Shown: positions 25,001 to 33,070 of the stretch, piece by piece
Numbering within the stretch: position 1 is the first letter of the stretch
Layout: each line of letters begins with the position of its first letter
Source: Eledone cirrhosa
Taxonomy: Eukaryota
DNA: 64,000 bases
Assembly: GCA_964016885.1 (NCBI GenBank)
Contig: OZ024744.1
Location: 25,730,001 to 25,794,000, forward strand
Direction of reading: 5' to 3'
The notes under the pieces: generated by a model
Databases searched by the model: none
What the model was told of the DNA's origin: nothing
The model's input: only the letters and a program-made list of their open reading frames with translations
Position numbers and translations under genes: made by a program

Positions 25001-28000
25001 TTGTTAGTGGTTGTTAGTGGTTGTTAATGATTATTAGTAGTTGTTCGTGGTTGTTAGTGGTTGTTACTGGTTGTTAGTGGTTGTTAGTGGTTGTTAGTGG
25101 TTGTTAGTAGTTGTTAGTGGTTGTTAGTGGTTGTTATTGATTGTCAGCGGTTGTTAGTGGTTGTTAGTAATTGTTATTGGTGGTTAGTGGTTGTTAATGT
25201 TTGTTAGTAGTTGTTAGTGGTTGTTAGTGGTTGTTAATGGTTGTTAGTGGTTGTTAGTAGTTATTAGTGATTGTTAGTGGTTGTTAGTGGGTGTTAGTGG
25301 TTGGTAGTGATTGGTAGTGGTTGTTAGTGTTGTTAGTGGTTGTTAGTGGTTGTTATTAGTTGTTAGTGGTTGTTACTGGTTGTTAGTGGTTGTTAGTGAT
25401 TGTTAGTGGTTGTGAGTGGTTGTTAGTGGATGTTACTCGTTGTTAGTGGTTGTTAGTGGTTGTTAGTGATTATTAGTGGTTGTTAATGTTTGTTAATTGT
25501 TGCTAGTGGTTGTTAATGGTTGTTAGTGGTTGTTAGTGGTCGTTAGTAATTGTTATTGGTCGTTAGTTGTCGTTAATGGTTGTTAGAAGTTGTTAGTGGT
25601 TGTTAGTGGTTGTTAGTGGTTGTTAGTGTTTGTTAGTGGTTGTTAGTGGTTGTTAGTAGTTGTTAGTGATTGTTAGTGGTTGTTAGTGGTTGTTTGTGGT
25701 CGTTAATGTTTGTTAGTGGTTGTTAGTAGTTGTTAGTGGTTGTTTGTGGTTGTTAGTGGTTGTTAGTGGTTGTTAGTGGTTCTAGTGTTGTTAGTGCTTG
25801 ATAGTGGTTGTTAGTGGTTGTTAGTGGTTGTTAGTGGTTGATAGTGGTTGTTAGCGGTTGTTAGTGGTTGTTAGTGTTGTTAGTGGTTGTTAGTGGTTGT
25901 TAGTAGTTGTTAGTGGTTGTTAGTAGTTGTTAGTGGTTGTTAGTGGTTGTTAGTAGTTGTTAGTGGTTGTTAGTAGTTGTTAGTGGTTGTTAGTAATTGT
26001 TATTGGTCGTTAGTGGTTGTTAATGTTTGTTAGTAGTGGTTAGTGGTTGTTAGTGGTCGTTAGTGATTGTTAGTGGTTGTTAGTGGTTGTTAGTAGTTGT
26101 CAGTGGTTGTTAGTGTTTGTTAGTGGTTGTTAATGGTTGTTTGTGGTTGTTAATGGTTATTATTGGTTGTTAGTAGTTGTTAGTGGTTGTTAGTGGTTGT
26201 TTGTGGTTGTTAGTAATTGTTATTGGTCGTTAGGGGTTGTTAATGGTTGTTAGTAGTTGTTAGTGGTTGTTAGTGGTTGTTAGTAATTGTTATTGGTCGT
26301 TAGTGGTTGTTAATTGTTGTTAGTATTTGTTAGTGGTTGTTAGTGGTTGTTAGTGGTTGTTAGTTGTTGTTAGTAGTTGTTAGTGGTTGTTAGTGGTTGT
26401 TAGTGGTTGTTAGTGTTGTTAGTGGTTGTTAGTGGTTGTTAGTGGTTGTTAGTGGATGTTAGTGGTTGTTAGTGGTTGTTAGTAGTTGTTAGTGGTTGTA
26501 AGTGGTTGTTTGTGGTTGTTAATGGTTGGAAGTGGTTGTTAGTAGTTGTTAGTGATTGTTATTGGTTGTTAGTGGTTGTTAGTGGTTGTTAGTGGTTGTT
26601 AGTGTTGTTAGTGGTTGTTAGTGGTTGTTAGTGGTTGTTAGTGGTTGTTAGTGGTTGTTAGTGGCTGCTAGTGGTTGTTAGTGGTTGTTAGTAGTTGTTA
26701 GTGATTGCTAGTGTTTGTTAGTGGTTGTTAGTGGTTGTTAGTGGTTGTTAGTGGTTGTTAGTGGTTGTTAGTGGTTGTGAGTGGTTGTTAGTGGATGTTA
26801 ATCGTTGTTAGTGGTTGTTAGTGGTTGTTAGTGATTATTAGTGGTTGTTAATGTTTGTTAATTGTTGTTAGTGGTTGTTAGTGGTTGTTAGTGATTGTTA
26901 ATGGTTATAAATGGTTGTTAGTAGTTGTTAGTGGTTGTTAATGTTTGTTAGTGTTTGTTAGTGGTTGTTAGTGGTTGATCGTGTTTGTTAGTGGTTGCTA
27001 GTGGTTGTTAGTGGATGTTAATCGTTGTTAGTGGTTTTTAGTAGTTGTTAGTGGTTGTTAGTAGTTGTTAGTGGTTGTTAGTGGTTTTTAATGATTATTA
27101 GTAGTTGTTCGTGGTTGTTAGTGGTTGTTAGTGGTTGTTAGTGGTTGTTAGTGGTTGTTAGTGGTTGTTATTGATTGTCAGTGGTTGTTAGTGGTTGTTA
27201 GTAATTGTTATTGGTCGTTAGTGGTTGTTAGTGGTTGTTAGTGGTTGTTAGTGGTTGTTAGTGGTTGTTAGTAGTTGTTAGTGATTGTTAGTGGTTGTTA
27301 GTGGGTGTTAGTGGTTGGTAGTGATTGGTAGTGGTTGTTAGTGTTGTTAGTGGTTGTTAGTGGTTTTTATTAGTTGTTAGTGGTTGTTACTGGTTGTTAG
27401 TGGTTGTTAGTGTTTGTTAGTGGTTGTGAGTGGTTGTTAGTGGATGTTACTCGTTGTTAGTGGTTGTTAGTGGTTGTTAGTGATTATTATTGGTTGTTAA
27501 TGTTTGTTAATTGTTGTTAGTGGTTGTTAGTGGTTGTTAGTGGTTGTTAGTGGTCGTTAGTAATTGTTATTGGTCGTTAGTGGTTGTTAATGGTTGTTAG
27601 AAGTTGTTAGTGGTTGTTAGTGGTTGTTAGTGGTTGTTAGTGGTTGTTAGTGGTTGTTAGTAGTTGTTATTGATTGTTAGTGGTTGTTAGTGGTTGTTTG
27701 TGGTTGTTAATGTTTGTTAGTGGTTGTTAGTAGTTGTTAGTGGTTGTTAGTGGTTGTTAGTGGTTGTTAGTGGTTGTTAGTGGTTCTAGTGTTGTTAGTG
27801 GTTGTTAGTGGTTGTTAGTGGTTGTTAGTGGTTGTTAGTGGTTGTTAGCGGTTGTTAGTGGTTGTTAGTGTTGTTAGTGGTTGTTTGTGGCTGTTAGTAG
27901 TTGTTAGTGGTTGTTAGTAGTTGTTAGTGGTTGTTAGTGGTTGTTAGTAGTTGTTAGTGGTTGTTAGTGGTTGTTAGTGGTTGTTAGTATTTGTTATTGG

Positions 28001-28148
28001 TCGTTAGTTGTTGTTAATGGTTGTTAGTAGTGGTTAGTGGTTGTTAGTGGTCGTTAGTGATTGTTAGTGGTTGTTAGTGGTTGTCAATAGTTGTCAGTGG
28101 TTGTTAGTGTTTGTTAGTGGTTGTTAGTGGTTGTTTGTGGTTGTTAAT
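22080..28148 (+). repeat. Junction-proximal sub-array of the 10-mer with a looser 2.0-2.4 kb higher-order period
   Basis: ACTGCTTG at 22741/24906; CTCG (in TTACTCGTT) at 23291/25436/27450; TATAAATG at 24551/26906. These markers were not seen in 1-22000. Confidence 0.75.
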
Positions 28149-28178
28149 ATCTCCCTACTAACACTCTCTCCCCTATAT
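28035..28178 (+). repeat. Direct repeat copy 1 (144 bp): about 11 10-mer units joined to one 28-mer unit
   Basis: Matches 32927-33070 at offset 4892 with 2 mismatches (28042 T/32934 C; 28085 C/32977 T), including the junction GGTTGTTAATATCTCCCTACTAACACTCTCTCCCCTATAT. Confidence 0.93.
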
Positions 28179-28575
28179 ATTGGTCACTCTGTGACAGTTT
28201 TGCAGTCGAGGGCGTAGCAGTATTAGTTCTTGGCTCCCCTCCCTACTCACCACCATCGGCACAGCGTTGGTTACCCGCAGGTTTGAGCATCGCGAGCCGG
28301 AATGGCTCTTCCAACACCTCTCCCTCACCATGTTCCGGGGGAAACGCCTTCTCTATTCTGTCCGCCGGGGCAATGGGACGCCATTTGCTCATAATAGTGA
28401 GAGATGGGGAGGGCGGGAGAGACGGAGTGGGAATTTGGTTCTTCTGTGTTCGAAGACTATTTTCTTACCAATTAATAACTGATACGAGGCTTGTTGTAAT
28501 GAGAGATATTACTTTTATTTGGGGGCAGGCGCGAGGGTAGAGTGTTTGAAGCACTAACATTTGGTTTCCTTAACA
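28179..28575. other. Unique CpG-rich stretch, possible promoter/first-exon region
   Basis: High-complexity sequence with many CpGs (e.g. ATCGCGAGCCGG, TCCGCCGG, GGCGCGAG) compared with the CpG-poor arrays; GC-box-like GGGCGGG at 28411-28417. Function is inferred only. Confidence 0.45.
28243..28392 (-). CDS. Candidate short ORF/first coding exon (49 aa, MSKWRPIAPADRIEKAFPPEHGEGEVLEEPFRLAMLKPAGNQRCADGGE) with a G|GTGAGT donor at 28250-28245
   Basis: Hand translation: ATG at 28392, TAG at 28245-28243, consensus 5' splice donor just before the stop. Not in the supplied ORF track (shorter than the ORFs listed). No homology established. Confidence 0.2.
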   Translation of the reverse strand: MSKWRPIAPADRIEKAFPPEHGEGEVLEEPFRLAMLKPAGNQRCADGGE

Positions 28576-28970
28576 AGTTAGAAACAAAACAAACAAACAA
28601 ACAAAAAGAAAAACGAAATAAAAAATAAAATAAATAAAAATAAAAAAGTAAAGAATAAGGAATAAGAATAAAGGAAAAAAAATCATGAAACGATAGAAAA
28701 AGAAGAAAACAATGTCAAATGCAAAAGTGTAAAAGGAAGAAAAAAGAAAGATAGAAAGAGAGAAATAAATAAAGATAGAAAGGGAGAGAAAGAAAGAAAG
28801 ACAGAAAGAGAGGAAGAAAGAGAGAAAGAGAGGAAGAGAGAAAGAGAGAAATGAATAAATGAATAAATAAAGAGAAAAAGAAAGAAAGAGACAAAGCGGG
28901 GAAGAAAAGAAGGGGTAAAAGAGAAAACAAAGTGAAAGAAAATGTTATTAGCTGCAGAAGAAGCAATGAA
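28576..28970 (+). repeat. A-rich/GA-rich low-complexity purine tract (AAAC, AAAT, AAAG, AG motifs)
   Basis: Direct reading; explains the spurious F/L/S-rich ORF 28715-28966(-). Confidence 0.85.
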
Positions 28971-28980
28971 GCGTGATGGG

Positions 28981-29195
28981 TCTCTCTCTCTGGTGATTTT
29001 CTCTCTCTCTCTCTACTGATAGTCCTCTCTCTCTCTCTCTACTGCATGTCCTGTCTCTCTCTCTCCCTCTCTACTGATTGTCCTCTCTCTCCCTCTCTAC
29101 TGATTGTCCTCTCTCTCTCTCTCACTCTTTCTACTAATTGTTCCCCCTCTCTCTCTCTCTACTGATTGTCCCCTCTCTCTCTATCTCTACTGATT

Positions 29196-29238
<43 letters not shown>

Positions 29239-29480
29239 CGATTGTCCTGTCTCTCTCTCTCTCCTTCTCTACTGATTGTTCTCTCTCTCTAATGATTGTC
29301 CTCTCTCACTCTCTCTCTCTACTGCATGTGCTGTCTCTCTCTCTATCTCTATCTCTCACTCTCTACTGATTGTCCTCTCTCTCTCTCTCTACTGATTGTC
29401 CTCTCTCTCTCTCTCTCTCTACTGATTGTCCTCTCTCTCTCTCTCTACTGATTGCCCTCTCTCTCTCTCTACTGATTGTC

Positions 29481-29524
<44 letters not shown>

Positions 29525-29839
29525 ACTAATTGTTCCCCCCCCCCCTCTCTCTCTCTCTCTCTACTGATTGTCCTATCTCTATCTTTATCTCTACTGATTG
29601 TCCACTCTCTCTCTCTACCGATTGTCCTGTCTCTCTCTCTCTCCCTCTCTACTGATTGTTCTCTCTCTCTAATGATTGTCCTCTCTCACTCTCTCTCTCT
29701 ACTGCATGTGCTGTCTCTCTCTCTCTCGACTGATTGTCCTCTCTCTCTCTCTCTCTCTCTCTCGACTGATTGTCCTCTCTCTCTCTCTCTCTCTCTCTAC
29801 TGATTGTCCTGTTTCTCTCTCTCTCCCTCTCTACTGATT

Positions 29840-29930
<91 letters not shown>

Positions 29931-30070
29931 ACTGATTGTCCTGTTTCTCTCTCTCTCCTGATGGCCTGTCTCTCTCCCTCTCTACTTGTTGTCCTCTCTC
30001 TTTCTCTCTACTGATTTCCTGTCTCTCTCTCTCTCTACTGATTGACCTCTCTCTCTCTCTCTCTACTGAT
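28981..30070 (+). repeat. Compound minisatellite: CTACTGATTGTC core plus variable (CT)n, roughly 35 units
   Basis: Repeated ACTGATTGTC cores separated by CT runs of variable length. Internal ~380-bp duplication (ACCGATTGTC...AATGATTGTC...ACTGCATGTGC starting at 29237 and 29617). Confidence 0.93.
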
Positions 30071-30320
30071 TAACGAATGGCGGATACGGTGAAATAAATA
30101 ATGCACTGCTTTAAACATTGGCTGTTTATTTTGAGCAACGACCAAAAATACAGCTTATGACATGAGTGCGCATGAGTGCTTATCCAATAGAGCAACAGCA
30201 CACTTTGATAACCACAGACCATCATAGCGGCTAAGTAACAATTATAAAGGAATGCTAAAAACTCTTCAACCGATAGAACAGACATATATAGGAAGAGAAG
30301 AACAACATTAAGAAAACGAT
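30071..30320. other. Short unique AT-rich spacer, no recognisable product
   Basis: Non-repetitive apart from CATGAGTGC x2 (30161-30179). ORF 30070-30285(-) has no recognisable motif. Confidence 0.5.
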
Positions 30321-30324
30321 AAGA

Positions 30325-30351
30325 GGGGGGGGGGGGTGAGGGGGGGGGGGG
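30325..30351 (+). repeat. G12-TGA-G12 homopolymer pair, potential G-quadruplex
   Basis: Direct reading of two 12-G runs; G4 potential is inferred from run length. Confidence 0.75.
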
Positions 30352-30371
30352 AGACGAAGAATGATAATAAG

Positions 30372-30830
30372 AAGAACAACAACAACATTAACAACAACAA
30401 CAGCAAGAGCAACAACAACAACAGCAAGAGCAACAACAACATCAGCTACAGTAACAACAACAGTAACAGCAACAACAACAACAACATCAGCAACAGCAAC
30501 AGTAACAACAACAACATCAACAGCAACAACAACACCACCACCACCACCAACAACAACAACAGCAACAGCAGCAACAACAACAACAACAAGAGTAACAACA
30601 ACAACAAAACCACCACTATCACCACCAACAACAACAACAACAGTGACAGCAACACCACCGCCAACATCAACAACAACAACAGCAACACCACCACCAACAC
30701 CGCCCCCTACACCAGCAGCAACAACAACAACAACAGTAACAACAACAAAAGCAACACCACCACCACCACTACCACCACAGCAGCAACAACAACAACAGTA
30801 ACAACAACAACAACAGCCGCAGCAGCAATA
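30372..30830 (+). repeat. Imperfect trinucleotide microsatellite (AAC)n with AGC/ACC/AGT interruptions
   Basis: Direct reading; produces the poly-N, poly-T and poly-L/V ORFs in three frames. Confidence 0.95.
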
Positions 30831-30981
30831 GTTGACAATAAGATATTGAGAATTGTGTTAAATACTTTAAAATGTAAAAAGTTTCTCTTTTACTGGACAC
30901 TGGAAATATTGTTGAGGTGTATGTGTTGAGTAGAAGAAGGAGTAGATGAGGTTTAAGGAGGGGAGAGGAGGAGGAGAAGTG

Positions 30982-32926
30982 TATCTCTTTCGCACTCTCC
31001 TATATCTCCTACTATCTCTCTCTCCCCTATATCTTCCTACTAACTCCCCCTCTCCCCTATATCTCCCTACTAACTCATTCTCTCCCTATATCTCCCTACT
31101 AACTCTCTCTCCCCTATATCTCCCTACTAACTCTCTCTCCACTATATCTCCTTACTAACTCTCTCCCCTATATCTCCCTACTAAATCTCTCTCCCCTATA
31201 TCTCCCTACTAACTCTCTCTCTCCCTATATCTCCTACTAACTCTCTCTCCTCTATATCTCCCTACAAACTCTCTCTCTCACCTATATCTCCCTACTAAAT
31301 CTCTCTCCCCTATATCTCCCTACTAACTCTCTCTCCCCTATATCTCCCTACTAAATCTCTCTCCCCTATATCTCCCTACTAAATCTCTCTCCCCTATATC
31401 TTCCTACTAACTCTCTCTCCCCTATATCTCCCTACTAACACTCTCTCCCCTATATCTCCCTACTAACTCTCTCTCCCCTATATCTCCCTACTAACTCTCT
31501 CTCACCTATATCTCCCTACTAACTCTCTCTCTCCCCTATATCTCCCTACTAACGCTCTCCCCACTATATCTCCCTACTAACTCTCTCTCCACTATATCTC
31601 CCTACTAACACTCTCTTCCCTACATCTTCCTACTAACTCTCTCTCCCCTATATCACCCTACTAACTCTCCCTCTCCCCTATATCTCCCTACTAACTCTCT
31701 CTCTCCCTATATCTCCCTACTAACTCTCTCTCTCCCTATATCTCCCTACTAACTCTCTCTCTCCACTATATCTCCTTACTAACTCTCTCTCCCCTATATC
31801 TCCCAACTAACTCTCTCTCCCCTATATCTCCCTACTAACTCCCTCTCCCCTATATCTCCCAACTAACTCTCTCTCCCCTATATCTCCCTACTACTCTCTC
31901 TCCCCTATATCTCCCTACTAACTCTCTCTCTCCCCTATATCTCCCTACTAACTCTCTCTCTCCCCTATATCTCCCTACTAACTCTCTCTCTCCCCTATAT
32001 CTCCCTATTAACTCTCTCTCCACTATATCTCCTACTAACTCTCTCTCCCCTATATCTCCCTACTAACTCTCTCTCTCCCCTATATCTCCCTACTAACTCT
32101 CTCTCTCTCCCCTATATCTCCCTACTAACTCTCTCTCCACTATATCTCCCTACTAACTCTCTCTCCCCTATATCTCCCTACTAACTCTCTCTCTCCCCTA
32201 TATCTACCTACTAACGCTCTCTCCACTATATCTCCCTACTAACTCTCTCTCCCCTATATCTCCCTACTAACTCTCTCTCTCCCCTATATCTACCTACTAA
32301 CGCTCTCTCCACTATATCTCCCTACTAACTCTCTCTCCACTATATCTCCCTACTAACACTCTCTTCCCTACATCTTCCTACTAAATCTCTCTCCCCTATA
32401 TCTCCCTACTAACTCTATCTCCCCTATATCTCACTACTAACTCTCTCTCCCCTATATGTCTCTACTAACTCTCTCTCCCCTTATATCTCCCTACTAACGC
32501 TCTCTCCCTTATATCTCCCTACCTACTCTCTCTCCCCTATATCTCCCTACTAACTTTCTCTCTCCACTATATCTCCTTACTAACTCTCTCCCCTATATCT
32601 CCCTACTAAATCTCTCTCCCCTATATCTCCCTACTAACTCTCTCTCTCCCTATTTCTCCTACTAACTCTCTCTCCCCTATATCTCCCTACAAACTCTCTC
32701 TCTCACCTATATCTCCCTACTAACTCCCTCTCTCCCCTATATGTCCCTACTAAGTTTCTCTCTCCCCTATATCTCCCTACTAACACTCTCTCCCCTATAT
32801 CTCACTACTAACTCCCTCTCTCCCCTATATCTCCCTACTAAGTTTCTCTCTCCCCTCTATCTCCCTCCTAACTCTCTCTCTCCCCTATATCTCCCTACTA
32901 ACTCTCTCTCCCCTATATCTCCCTAC
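30982..32926 (+). repeat. 28-bp C/T-rich satellite, proximal block (about 68 units)
   Basis: Same consensus as the main array, starts with degenerate units at about 30982-31030. Own variants: CTACAAAC at 31262/32687 and CTCTTCCCTACATCTTCC at about 31613/32361. Confidence 0.93.
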
Positions 32927-33070
32927 TAGTGGTCGTTAGTGGTCGTTAGTGATTGTTAGTGGTTGTTAGTGGTTGTTAATAGTTGTCAGTGGTTGTTAGT
33001 GTTTGTTAGTGGTTGTTAGTGGTTGTTTGTGGTTGTTAATATCTCCCTACTAACACTCTCTCCCCTATAT
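32927..33070 (+). repeat. Direct repeat copy 2 (144 bp): 10-mer island (32927-33040) embedded in the 28-mer array plus junction unit
   Basis: Same variant order as 28035-28178 (GGTCG, GATTG, AATAGTTGTCAG, GTTTG, TTTGTGG, AATATCTCCC). Confidence 0.93.

Larger units (their letters stand above)
1..28148 (+). repeat. 10-bp GT-rich tandem satellite, consensus (GGTTGTTAGT)n, about 2,800 degenerate units, runs off the left edge
   Basis: Direct reading: continuous 10-nt periodicity with common variants (AGTTGTTAGT, GGTTGTTAAT, GGTTGTTATT, 9-nt GTTGTTAGT). Almost no C on +. TAG/TAA recur in all six frames, consistent with the empty ORF track. Confidence 0.98.

Noticed and set aside
28183-28195. Small hairpin GTCAC-TCT-GTGAC at the island's left edge
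   Set aside because: A 5-bp stem is expected by chance and no matching structure was seen at the other end.
28267-28540. Two overlapping + strand ORFs (71 and 85 aa)
   Set aside because: Both begin at TTG rather than ATG, have no recognisable motif, and are of a length expected by chance in GC-rich DNA.
28715-28966. Hydrophobic 83-aa ORF resembling a membrane protein
   Set aside because: It is the reverse complement of the GA-rich low-complexity tract.
29166-29961. Ser/Leu-rich ORFs
   Set aside because: They are translations of the (CT)n minisatellite.
28981-30070. CRISPR-like constant repeat with variable spacers
   Set aside because: The spacers are only (CT)n runs, the core is about 12 bp, and there are no cas genes.
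30336-30929. Poly-Asn, poly-Thr and poly-Leu/Val ORFs (197, 146 and 84 aa) resembling mucin or prion-like proteins
   Set aside because: All three are frames of one stop-free AAC microsatellite, with no non-repetitive domain or splice support.
28179-32926. Classical transposon or LTR element between the 144-bp direct repeats
   Set aside because: The repeats are satellite sequence without TG...CA ends, PBS or terminal inverted repeats, and no transposase or RT coding is visible.
30946-32929. ORFs with repeated SPLYLPTN peptides (30946-31158, 32741-32929)
   Set aside because: They arise from runs of satellite units that happen to keep TAA out of frame.
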